64,000 nucleotides of DNA, from contig NC_059426.1 in assembly GCF_021028975.2 (NCBI RefSeq), forward strand, positions 141,050,001 to 141,114,000. The letters run 5' to 3'. Source of the DNA: Sphaerodactylus townsendi. Its lineage: Eukaryota. A program made the position numbers and the translations under genes. The notes under the pieces are model-generated. The model saw nothing but the letters and a program-made list of their open reading frames with translations. It was not told where the DNA came from and ran no database searches. Shown here one piece after another: positions 1 through 11,043 of this stretch (position 1 is its first letter; every line of letters starts with the position of its first letter).

Positions 1-2930
1 AAATATTAAGGAATCCTTCCGTATATTAAGGGTGTTTTGCCCACATCAAGTCTCCTTTTGTAACTCATTCTATGGCATTCTGTTTGTGTAAGCATACGAA
101 CTGATGAAGCTATCTTATAATACTGTTTCCATAAGCATGTCAAGAAAAATGTTAGCAGCAGCATTCTTTCAATTTGCAACTCTTTTGACACAGCTGTTAC
201 GTGCTTCTTTTTCTTTCTTGAATTCACTCATATTCTTTGGCTCCAAATAACTGAATGCCATCAGATCTTTGAGACGCAATGTTGCTTTAATTATTGGGGA
301 AGTTTAATTTCTAAAAAAAGAGGTACAAACTATTTGGTGTTCCTTAGTTGTAAATTAAACTACATCACTTTCTGATGAATATGGCCACAAAATTGACCAA
401 CTTACTTGTCCACCCGTCTAGGAAAATCAGCTCTAAGGTAATGATGCCCTGAAAAAAACCCAAAAGGTTATGAAATCTGTTCCAGGAGTTTCTTTTATAC
501 ACATTAAGAACTGACCTAGTCTGAATAATATGTTGACTTCACAGTTACAAAAGGAAGAACCAAGCAATGAAGTACTGAACGCAAGTGATGAAGCTAAAGA
601 ACAGGCTTATGTGATGGGCTCAAGAAGCTATTTGGTACCAGAATTCCCAGCGCGTATGCTGTGCCTTTAGCATACTTATGATCTGCCAGCCTGGAATATG
701 GTTCTGCTTTAGTAACTGGAAACTCTTCCTGAAGAATGGATTCTGGAACTACTTCTAATATACAAGCAGTATGTTGTTGCTGTTGAAAATTGTACTGCAA
801 AGCCAGGAGGCTGTGTTCTTATGACTAGCCTCCAGTCACTTTTGCTCTTCTAAAGTTGATCATAAGTTCTGGTGTCATGCTGGCTTATACTTCTTGGGAA
901 GAATCTTTAGATTGTAGAGCACTCTGCAATAAGGCACTTCACTCTACTCTTGCTTCTGAGCTGTAGGGGTGGTTCTATGGTTTCTTCTTGGAGCTGGAGC
1001 TTCTGTATCCCCTTGCTTTGTGCAGATATATCAACTGATGCTGCTTATGCTCCAAACTGATGCTGCTTATGCTCCAAACCGAAGACCTGATGATGTTCAG
1101 AAGATTGCCTCAGACACCCTGTACTTGCTTCTCTGTGTGACATTTTAATTTCTAATTATTAGGGTCTTTAATTTAAACAAATCAGACGTAGAAACTGTTG
1201 TGTTCTCTTGTAAATAAATGACGTACTTTCAACTCCTAATGCAGTTTCTGTCTGTGTTCTGATGTATGGGATGTAAGTCTACTTCCTAAATTCAACACCA
1301 GGCAATATTACATGGAACTGTATATTTATTTATTTATTGCATTTGTATATGTTTATTATATTTCATAAATATAAATAAGGTTGATTAACAATAGCTGTAG
1401 AACATGCAAAAGTATTGATGAAGCCAGGAAGAAGAAATTCTAGGGAAGTAGCTATGTTAATTTGTTGTTGTGAGAGCATTGTGTAGCACCTTTTAAAGGA
1501 CAACAAGATGAATTATCTCATAAAGGCTTATACTTTACAATCTAGTTCATCGAATACCGATAAGGCATCTTCTACAAGTTGAGCCAGAGCTATTTTAGTG
1601 GCTTCTAATTGGAAGTGGGGTATAAGTCCAGCAAACGGGAGCATTCATCTTGAATTCCAGGGAATCTGGAAATCAGATTCACTGGGGAAGGTACTTTTAA
1701 AGCATTAACTAAACAAAAAATACACAAAGCATCTCAGGAGTGTATATATGTTGGCTGTTACTGACTAGTATGTGGATGAAGGAATTCAGAAATTCTGGTT
1801 CTAACTTTTGTCTGACAGAAAAAAGAAAATGCAATGGCTTGTGGAGTTAAATGAACATAACTTTAAATCTAAAATTGATATTCCCTATATCATTTGAAGA
1901 AAAGTCAGCTTAAAGAATAGATTGCTCAATGGAGTTCAATGAATTCACAATTCCTAAGTTGTACAGTGAAGGTCCTGAACAAAATGTCAATGAGGGTTTC
2001 TTTAAGGGTCAAACACACATTGGTTCATAACCAATCTCCATAAATAGCTTATTTATCTCAGATTCAAGGAGTATACTCGTTTTTGAACAGCAGGGGACAA
2101 AATTACTGCTGCTACTAGATTCATGGCAAAAACAGAGCTTGTCACTCTTTACAGCATCCTAAGACTTGTATTTTTGCTTAAAAATAATTGAAATGTGTGT
2201 CTTCATTGAAATTAATATTAGGACAATCAATTTGCACATTTTGGTCTTGAGCAAATTTCATTTAAAAGCTGCAGGTGGATTTTCTTCATATTGAAATGCA
2301 ACAAATAGTCAGGTCTTCTGTAACAATGGATGGAATTTTATAAGGTAAAACACATTAATCCCAATTGGACTTGCTTCTCTTTGTACATCTGCAGTATTTC
2401 ATAATGGGATCCTGGACTATATGTGTAAGATTGGAACTCAGTTCTCAACAATTGTACAATATCCTAGTTTTCTACATTCAACAGTGCAAAGGAGACAGGG
2501 ACATAAACCAGCTCAGTGCTCATGTCTGCATTTGACTAGAAAAAAGTGGCTGCACAATCTATCATTATAGCCTCTTCTTCCAGTAACAGACCTACAGAAA
2601 TACAGAAGTACTGAAGATTACAAGAAGTCCATTATTACATTAGGGTCACCTGTACACAGACCTCCTCCCCCACCCTCCCCCTTTACCATCACAGTCCAAT
2701 TTTGAGTACTTGGCAGATATTCAAAGCTGAGCTCAAGTTTCACTAGAGGAACACACTCATTAGCTATCATCGTTCAATGTGCATCATGATCACAAATACT
2801 TTACTGTAAATGAAATATAAAAGCTCCAGTTATTCATGCTGAAGCTGTTGCTTAATCTTAAAGTCTAATTAAATGATTAATATATGATTAAAGAATTAGC
2901 TGTAGGCATGAAGAAACTTAACTTGGGTTC

Positions 2931-3018
2931 CTATGTTAACTCCTGCATACTCTGCTCTTCTTGAAATTGTTGGTGCATAGCTGCATCCTCAGTGCTGTTT
3001 TGGGACTTCTGAATTCTG
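2931..3018 (-). CDS. FAM161B: FAM161B terminal exon 9 (tentative)
   Basis: Polypyrimidine tract + cag|cag acceptor; phase-compatible open frame SRIQKSQ...MQELT*; poorly conserved. Confidence 0.6.
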
Positions 3019-6000
3019 CTGATTTAAAAAAGGTATTTAGAAGTTCTTATCTTTTCAATTTGAATCCACCCTTTCCAGAATCTCAAGGGTTTCCCTATTT
3101 TCTTCTCACAACCTATAAGGAAAGCTTTTTACATGGTTTTGGAAGTTCCAATTTACTTATTTTAGAAGTAGAAAAATTATCTAGATGAAAACGAGTTTAC
3201 AATACCTTTCTGATTCAGACTGCTTGATCCCCATTAAGTTAATGGCTTCTCTTCCTTTGCTTCTTACAAAATCTTCATTCAACCCAAATTGCCGCAAAGT
3301 GTCTCTATAGAGTCTCTGTGCCCCTTGACTGGCACTATGCTATGGAATCAAACATTATACATTTAGGATATCTTTTCAGAAATACCGAATATCATTCAGC
3401 GATCAAGGACCATTTAATGCCAGCATACTCTCTCAGCCCCACCTACCTCACAAGGTGTCTGTTGTGGGGAGAGAACTGGACAGGAGCTTGTAAGCCACCT
3501 TGAGTCTCCTTACAGGAGAGAAAGGTGTGGTATAAATCCAAACTCTTTTTCTTCTTCTACAATTGCAATTCTACTGTAATCCTGCACCTTGGACCCTCCC
3601 AAACGGAGCCATGCTATAATACTATGAACCCAGGCAAAGAAAGTGAAAAAAATCTTTAAAGGATTGGAAGGGAGGAGCTAATTCAAAGTTTAGTATTGTT
3701 CCTCTCTCCATTTTGGCAACAGGAGATTGTCCAGATGGGTGCTCCTCTCCTTTGGGGAAAATGGCTTAAATTTTCTCTTAAGTAAGTGCGGGTGTGGGAC
3801 TCAGACGAATCATGTACACTGAGTACAATCTCATCTGAGTGCTACCTTTTACTGTGGGGGCTTCATGCTGTCTATGCAAGGAAAAAATCCCATGCAGAAG
3901 CTGAACCAATATTGATTGTTATTACAATCAGGGAATACTGCCTGTTTGAACCTCATAATCCTTCTAAAATAACAGTCCTGTGACACCCTGAAAAACTACT
4001 GTGGCATAAGCTTTTGTTCATCCATCATTCCAAAATAGTTACCTTTGTTACTTGTTCAAACAGATACGGTCTGTTTTTCACTCGTATCTTCATGTCTTCT
4101 AGTTCTTTTTTATACTCCTTTGTTCTCTTTCGGTCATTCTGCCTGAAAGAGAAACTTCCTTTGTATCAGAAATTCTCCCCAATTCCTCACAACTTGGTAT
4201 TCCTCATGGAAGTACTCAGCAATGTCACACTGGGTACACTTCTATAAATGAAGCCGACACTTGTGACAAACAAATATTAATGTTCCCTAATATGAGCGAA
4301 TCATCTCTCTTCCCTGGAACTTCTCATATTAGCATAAAGTGGGATGTACATCACACTGATGTCAAAGATGAGCCTGTATTTTCTGACATATAGGCGGTGC
4401 GATTAAGCCAGGACAAAAACAGTGTCCAGTTGATAACAGAACTCTCTGCAGAAAATGAAGTATCTTGACAACAACTTCAGTTTCAAGGAGCCAAGAGGGG
4501 TGAAGGGCAATGACTCAGAAAAGCCAGAAGTCAGCTAAGCAGCTAAAATGCTTGGGCTGTACAGTCAGTAGCTGAGGACCAAAAGGCTTTCTCTTAGGTG
4601 CCTGCTAATAATAATGAGATTGAAAAGCTAACACTATTTACTGCATGTCCTGTAAGAGTACAGAGTTTCCCACATATGTTGAATTGGAGCTCACTTGTCT
4701 CTACTTGCTCTCCAGTCTCTGTATCTGCAGAATTAGAATTGAAAGAGCTTCAAAGGTCACTATTTTAGCCCGCTTCCTGTAGGATTCCATCACTGACAGG
4801 TGTTCATCCAATCTCTGTAAATTCTGAAGAAAAAACAGTTAAACTGATTTTCTAAGACTACTTGCTATACTGCTCAGCTGGCTTACTATTTAACCTAAAT
4901 CTGCTTTGCTCCAGCTTGACTTCTGGCCATAGTCATGAGGCACCGATTCATCGTAAAAGATCTGAACTATCCCTTGACATCTAGTGCTGGGGATAAAAAT
5001 AAACAGTAAATAAATTATACAGATATGACTGGTAGGTTTCAGCTCTGAGTCCTGGAGCCAAGTCCCACATGTTAAATTGTTAGTAACCCCAAAGGTATGA
5101 AATATTTAGCTCTGATGAACTTCATACTTATGCAGCATAGAACACTGACCAGCTTTGTTTCAGCTTCTCCTTGTACATCTCCTCCAAGCTTTTATGAGGG
5201 TCCATAGCTTTTGCTCGATGTATCACAGATTTCTGCATAGCCTGACATTTCCTCCTCTGCTGCTCGGCCCAGTGAATGCCTTCATTCTCCCTGCACTTTT
5301 TGTCTTGCTGGAGAGATCTGTAACAATGATCATGAACAATGGAATCCCAGTTCATTTCAAAGTGAAACCATTAAGCTTTTTTTTAAAAGGAGAGGAGCCA
5401 AATCACATATCTGAGTTAATGCAGGCATTATTACTCACTTAATTGCAGATTCCCTTTTTCTCACTGCATCTGTAATGTAGACTGGAAGTGTGTTGGACGA
5501 AAGGGAAGACAAACAAGCCAGAGAACGGCTTCTTTGTATTGGGGGCTTGGAAGATTGCTGGCCATCCTGAAAACAAGGGGAATCAGAATTGTAAAATCCT
5601 TCTTGACTATTCTTAGTTGTAGGTGCTATACAAATAATACCGTACATATTATTTCAGGTATCAACATGTAAAATCTAGTATTTAGTGGCTATCTGCATTT
5701 AGAGAGTTTTTTTTGGTCCTAAATGGCCTTTTCATTCTGCAGTAATACTGAGGAAGACACTCTCTCAAGTGCTATATATCCAAAGTTCAAAGGGATAAAA
5801 ATGTGTTATGCATAATATACTGGATAGCTGGTTTCCTTCTCTATGAGGAACAGCCCTAGAATTTTTTCAGTGTGATGTATTTGCTTTGATAGTTATATTT
5901 AATTCTGTAAATATGTCCGTTGTTCCCTTTTCTCCCTAACAGACAGTACATACTGAAGTTTTACTAGTATGAGATTACATTGGTGCTATTCAGCCATTTC

Positions 6001-9000
6001 TCATTTTGACCAATAACAAAGGTGTTACAGTAACGCTTAACTTTGCAAACTCACAGTATCCCAATTCTGTGTAAACAGACGGGAAATTTTACACAATGAA
6101 GAGTGATACTTAGATTTATATATGATCCAGTAGAAAGTTATTTTTACCGTCATTTTCTGGGTAGGCACTTGATGTTTACAACGGAGATTAGATGTTCTTA
6201 ATTGGAATGGTTTATTGTGAGTTGCTTCTTTGATTTCTCTTTTGCTTATTACTTTCCTCTGGAATGCCCAGTAAAGTCCTTCAAAATCAGGCACTGATGT
6301 GTTAATTCTTGGTTTAAAACTGAAGTTGTCCTGCAGAAAGCTGAGCTTTTGCTCTCTGTTTCTGGAGGCAATCTGCGATTCTTTCCCCTTTTGTCTATTG
6401 CCAATGGGAGCCCAAGAGTTTTTGAGTAAATCCTTGGCTCTCATCTCAATACGGATTTTTCTGAATAATTCAGCTTCTGAGGATTAAAACAAAAAAGTAA
6501 TGAAAATTCAGACAAGGTGAATGGATGTAAATTTGACAACTGGTAAAGTTGAAAATGTTGAGACATAGCATATTGGAGTCTTTAGGCATTAATTTAACAA
6601 AATATTTGATTTCTAAACAAAAAAAACCCAACCATAAATTGTAAACTGAGAATGTTTTTGAGATTACAAAACAGAAATCTCCTTTGCCAAAGATGCAACC
6701 ACTACAGAAAACATAGGTCTTGTTGAGTAATTTAATAATCTCACTCTTATCATTTGCATGTCAGAATTGTGAATGTCCTGGCATAATTTGGAAAAGTTAA
6801 TGATGGAGACTGGCATCTTAAAGGGAATGAACACAAATGTTTAGACAGCAAAGGCAGGCATACTCTGAGGTCTTGAGCCTGATAGGGGGCCCATTAAGAG
6901 GATTTGTGGAATCTGGACCATGCTTCAAACACACCACATGGCCTTGTTAAACTACTTGACAGTGTGTAACAATAGGCAACATTGGCATGCAGAATGAAGT
7001 TGCCTTTTAATTATGCCAGTGAGAGCTAGATGGTGATCCTTTTGCACATGAAGTTGACACATACCCTTTTTTGGCACAATTCATCTGACAGAAGGTTCTT
7101 TGGGTGAGTCCTTCCCTGTCCAGCGTAGCATAGTGATTAAGAGCAGTGGACTCTAATCTAGAGAACGAGGTTTGATTCCCCACTCCTCCACATAAGCAAC
7201 GGACTCTTATCTGGTGAACCAGATTTGTTTCCCTGCTCCTCCATATGAAGCCTGCTGGGTGACCTTGACCCAGTTACAGTTTTCTTAGAACACAGTTCTC
7301 TCAGCCCCACCTCTCTCACAAGGTGTCTGTTGTGAGCCGAGGAAGGGAAAGAGTTTGTAAGCTGCTTTGAGTTTTTTTACAATTGAGAAAGTGGGGTATA
7401 AATCCAAAACCATTCTCTCTTCTCTCTCCATTTTTGTGTTGGTTAAAGGACTCAACTGATTATTTCTTGGCCAGAATCCCAAGCCTTGAATTTTGCCAAC
7501 ACATTGGATAAACTATGCCTTGATTTTCACAGTGGAACTGCTGTTCATCTGGTCATGGACAAGAGTTACTCTTCTGCAAATTCCCCTGACTGGCCTTACT
7601 TGATTTTATATTAGAAAAGTAGTCACAGTGTCAAGAGAAAAGCTTCTCTTTCTATATCTCCCCAATTGATGTTCTAGTTAAATATTTGAATTTTTGTGGT
7701 GTTTTCCTGACATAAGGATACAGGCATTTCCCCTCTTTTGTACTTCTATGACAACATGAGACAAAGTATTTTTCTGAAAGATGAAGGTAAGAGCTTTACC
7801 TTTGAGTTTATCCCCAAACATTGGTTCATTAATGGATGTGGGGTTCTTTCTGACTTTTGGTACTGATTTCTCAGCAGGAGCCAATATTTCGAGAACCTTC
7901 TGCCTGATGGCCTCCTTCCTCTTTTGTTCTTTTTCTTGAAAGCTGAAAGGTTTTTGTGTAGAAAGGAGCAGCTGCTGTCTCTTCTCTATCTCCACTTGTC
8001 TGCGAATTTCATTTTTTCTCATTATTTCCTGGTAGAGTGGAAGATAGATGTTGGCAGGCACAGGTTGTGCCCTAAACTGTTTTTGGCATTCAGCTTCTTC
8101 TTGACTTTGCTTCTTATACGTGGCATTCTCAAACATTGTGTGCGACTTTAACAGCTGGGACTTCTTCTGAGCTTCTCGAAGTGTCATTTTGAAGGGCTGA
8201 GGAATGGTAATAGAGGAGATCCATGCAGCAGAGGCACTCTTTGGCCTTGAAAAGGGCTGAGAAAATGAGTGATAGTTGTGCTTATGGGCTGGGCTATTCA
8301 CGCTAAGGTCAGTCAAAGAGTTGTACCGTCTTAAGTTACCAGATCTGGAGACAGGGTAAAAATATTAAAGGCACATAAATAAGGAGAAAAGATTACACCT
8401 GAGAACAGTTAATACTAAACAAAATAGATACTTATATAAAACACTAGCATTTGAACCTATTGCATCATTATAATTATTAAAAGAGTTTGAATATATACCC
8501 AGTGTAGGAGTGGGAAAACAAACCTGGTTCACCAAATTAGAGTATGATGCTCATATGGAAAAGTGGGGAATCAAATCTGGTTCTCCAGATTACAGTTGAT
8601 TGCTGTTAACCACTACACCACACTGGCACTCCACATAGCCTTGCTATGTAGCAATTGTATTTCTGTAAAAATTCCAGAGGGAGTAGCTGTGGTATATTTA
8701 TGGGGGAAAGAAGAGAGCAGGCCAACACATGTGGAGGTCACATTTGGCCACCCCCTCCCCCCGTGCCACCCACCCAGCTGCTGCCTCAGGCTACCTGCAT
8801 CTGCAGACCACCCGCCTCTGCAGGCCACCCACTGGCCCCGGGTCCTCCATCCACACGCCCACCAGGCCTCACCTTTCCCATCAGCCCACCTCCAAGGAGA
8901 CACAGAAACAGCTCACCCTCATTGGGCATTGTGTATGTTCATGTCTGAAAACCAGCAGTGAGCTCACCACCTATTTCAGGTGAGTAGAACCACTTTCCTT

Positions 9001-10460
9001 CCCGCATCTCTTCCAGCCTGAGAGAGAATACAGCTGATGAAATGGTTCTTCTCAAGCTTTCCTGCTTTTCCCTCACCATCTGTGAGTTGCCACTGAAGCA
9101 GAAGCAGGAAGTGAGGAGAAGGGGGTGTGGGGGCCTGCCTGTTTTTCCCTCTGGACTGCACAGAAGGGCCATCTGAAATAGGGTGGTTCCTTCTTGCTGC
9201 TGCTCGCACTCCCTCCATTGTCCCCAGCATCAGCCACCATGCCATGGGGGGCGGGGGGGGAGGTGCCAACTGCCACACCACAGGGGGTGCAATTTCACTG
9301 CTTGCCCCAGGTGCTATTACCTGTAGATACACCCCTGTGTGTTAGTCTATTGCAACAAAATAAAGCAGAAGCTCCACGACACCTTAAAGACTTACAGTAT
9401 CTATTCCAGCACGAGCTTTTATTAGTCATCTCACTTCCAATAATTTTCTCTATAAAAATGTGAAATATGATTTCCTCTTCAGATGCTCTGACTCATGAAA
9501 GATCATGATGGAATAAATGTTATTTGTCTTTTAATGTACTACTGGGCTTCTGTTAAAGTGCCATGCTATAAAGTGATTTTTGATATGATTTGGACTTTAA
9601 GTTCCACAACAGAACAATATAACCAGCGAATCCTACAGAAAAATTAGAGGATCTGTTGTGTCATACTTCAAAGCTTCATGGTACTTCATTGGCATTGTCA
9701 ATCTTCCATTATCCTGGAAAAACTTTTCCAATTCCTTGTCTTCTATGGCTAGCTTATGGCTGTTCTCCAACTTTGCCTGATACATCAAACCTAGTTCTAA
9801 CAAACATTGCTTGTTTTTTCTTTTGAGAGCTTGCAAAGAATCATAAAATCCTGAACTTGAAGTAGTTATTATATCTTCATCTGGCTGGAAAAAATCCACC
9901 AGCTCATTTCTTCTGAGCAGAGCAGCGGTGCTACTCCGTGGTGTTTCTTCAGATTCTGACTCTGACTGTTCTTTAACTGGAAACGCCTAAATAAATCAGA
10001 AAGCAAAACAAAGGCTTCAGATGCAGAATGAATATGTGGAATACACCATCTTGAGCATATTGCTTGCTTCATCAATATAATGACCCAGTTCTGAACTGAT
10101 CCAGCCAACTCCCATTTCCAGTTTGCCAATCTGGGGATGTGAGCTGACCACAGTTTCAAGACCGGAAGGCTATATTCACATTTATTTAGGAGTAATGCTC
10201 CTTGAACTCAGCGAGATTTCCTTCCAAGTAACCATTATAGAGAAAGCGGTGGTTCCCTTGGATTGAAAGAACGCTTCATAAGCATTTATGGTAACAGGTG
10301 TGGCCTGTGGCAGGGGAGTGGCCTCCTGCCTACTACCATCCATCATTCCCTCGAGTGTCGCCCCCAGCCTTCCATCCCCACGACCCCGTTTCCCTACTAG
10401 GGTGTGGCCAGTCATCCAGGCGCTACCACAGCAAGAACTAAGCGGCGTTATCGTTGCCAT
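2931..10460 (-). CDS. FAM161B: FAM161B (centrosomal/ciliary UPF0564-domain protein), 9 coding exons, ~624 aa
   Basis: Exons 10460-10398, 9986-9667, 8344-7800, 6476-6148, 5566-5439, 5317-5150, 4142-4043, 3339-3206, 3018-2931. All introns GT-AG with consistent phases; total 1875 nt. Motifs SITIPQPFKMTLRE, FRAQPVPANIYLPLY, RAKAMDPHKSLEE, RPYLFEQV match recalled FAM161B; head-to-head with COQ6 as in human. Exons 1 and 9 are least certain. Confidence 0.93.
3206..3339 (-). CDS. FAM161B: FAM161B exon 8
   Basis: YRDTLRQFGLNEDFVRSKG resembles human YLDTLKQAGLEEDFVRNKG; atag| and |gtattg. Confidence 0.85.
4043..4142 (-). CDS. FAM161B: FAM161B exon 7
   Basis: QNDRKRTKEYKKELEDMKIRVKNRPYLFEQVTK; tcag| and |gtaact. 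Confidence 0.92.
5150..5317 (-). CDS. FAM161B: FAM161B exon 6
   Basis: AMQKSVIHRAKAMDPHKSLEE; acag| and |gtcagt. Confidence 0.92.
5439..5566 (-). CDS. FAM161B: FAM161B exon 5
   Basis: RSRSLACLSSLSSNTLPVYITDAVRKRESAI; tcag| and |gtgagt. Confidence 0.92.
6148..6476 (-). CDS. FAM161B: FAM161B exon 4
   Basis: EAELFRKIRIEMRA...FKPRINTSVPDFEGLY; tcag| and |gtaaaa. Confidence 0.92.
7120..7430 (+). mobile_element. tRNA-derived SINE (Squam3-like)
   Basis: A/B-box-like head, TGGGTGACCTTG core, CAGCCCCACCT..CTCACAAGGTGTCTGTTGTG body, TC-rich tail; partial copy at 3430-3558. Confidence 0.8.
7800..8344 (-). CDS. FAM161B: FAM161B exon 3
   Basis: ccag|A..G|gtaaag; UPF0564 core. Confidence 0.93.
9338..9555. 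mobile_element. Decayed Penelope inverted pLTR (related fragments ~1475-1560, ~22515-22645, ~58720-58905)
   Basis: CACCTTAAAGACT..A..CA / GAGCTTT..GAGTC motifs in inverted arrangement; hammerhead remnants. Confidence 0.65.
9667..9986 (-). CDS. FAM161B: FAM161B exon 2
   Basis: ttag|GCG..AA|gtatga; AFPVKEQ...FYDSLQALK...LEKFFQD aligns to recalled human IFPP...IYQNLQELK...LESFFQD. Confidence 0.85.
10398..10460 (-). CDS. FAM161B: FAM161B exon 1 (MATITPLSSCCGSAWMTGHTL), tentative
   Basis: ATG in CpG island; donor CTA|gtaggg is phase 0, matching exon 2; weak sequence conservation. Confidence 0.55.
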
Positions 10461-10466
10461 GGAAAC
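10453..10466. promoter_or_regulatory. RFX X-box GTTGCCATGGAAAC
   Basis: 13/14 match to the canonical palindrome GTTGCCATGGCAAC; a weaker site GTTGTTATGGTGAT lies at 10819-10832. Confidence 0.75.
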
Positions 10467-10853
10467 GGGCTGTTGTCAATGTCTGTCCGTGGCACAAGCG
10501 CGGGCGCGCGCGCATACGTGCATACACACCCGTCGAGTTTTCTCCGTCTCTGGAAGCTTCGCTTCTGCCCCGCCCGCGGCTTCTCGAGATTGCACGACCG
10601 TCATCTTCATTTAACACCCGCTCCGCCGCCAGTAGCACTAACCGCCTCCAGTACTTGGGACTCTACCAATAGGCACTCGCCTTTCTATTGCCTCTTGCAC
10701 AGAGACCAATGATCGCTCAGCATGGCCTTTGTCCCCGCCCATCCCAACAGAATGCGCGTCTCGCAATCGGCTGGCCTCTGTCGGTCTCAGGACAATGGGT
10801 TATTTCCGGTCGCGGGCAGTTGTTATGGTGATGGATACGTCACTTCCGAAATT

Positions 10854-11043
10854 ATGGCCACCGCCATGGCTCTAGCCCCAAGTCGGGGTTTCGGGCCTTG
10901 GAGGAGTATTTGTTTTCGTTCTGGTCGTACCGCTTCCTTGGGGTGCCGGGTCTGCTCTGTGAGGTCCCGTAGTTCGGAGACGGTGTACGATGTAGTGGTG
11001 TCAGGCGGTGGTATGGTCGGAAGCGCTATGGCTGCTGCACTTG
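10854..11043 (+). CDS. COQ6: COQ6 exon 1 (Arg/Ser-rich transit peptide + Rossmann motif)
   Basis: ATG at 10854 (alternative 10866); G|gtagga. Confidence 0.9.

Noticed and set aside
545-670. Plus-strand acceptor followed by a 41-codon open frame, as a possible ZNF410 terminal exon (expected neighbour by synteny)
   Set aside because: No convincing similarity to the ZNF410 C-terminus as I recall it, and no zinc-finger sequence in the window.
1033-1079. Short tandem duplications (22 bp here; ~42 bp at 13034-13122; AGAATGGGCT repeats at 34120-34212)
   Set aside because: Ordinary slippage products with no sign of function.
7120-7200. tRNA-like sequences (also ~36300, ~36700, ~61880)
   Set aside because: These are SINE heads continuing into SINE bodies, with no intact cloverleaf.
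8563-9463. Cluster of overlapping ORFs in FAM161B intron 2
   Set aside because: A GC-rich repeat insertion interrupting a Penelope end; no coding signature.
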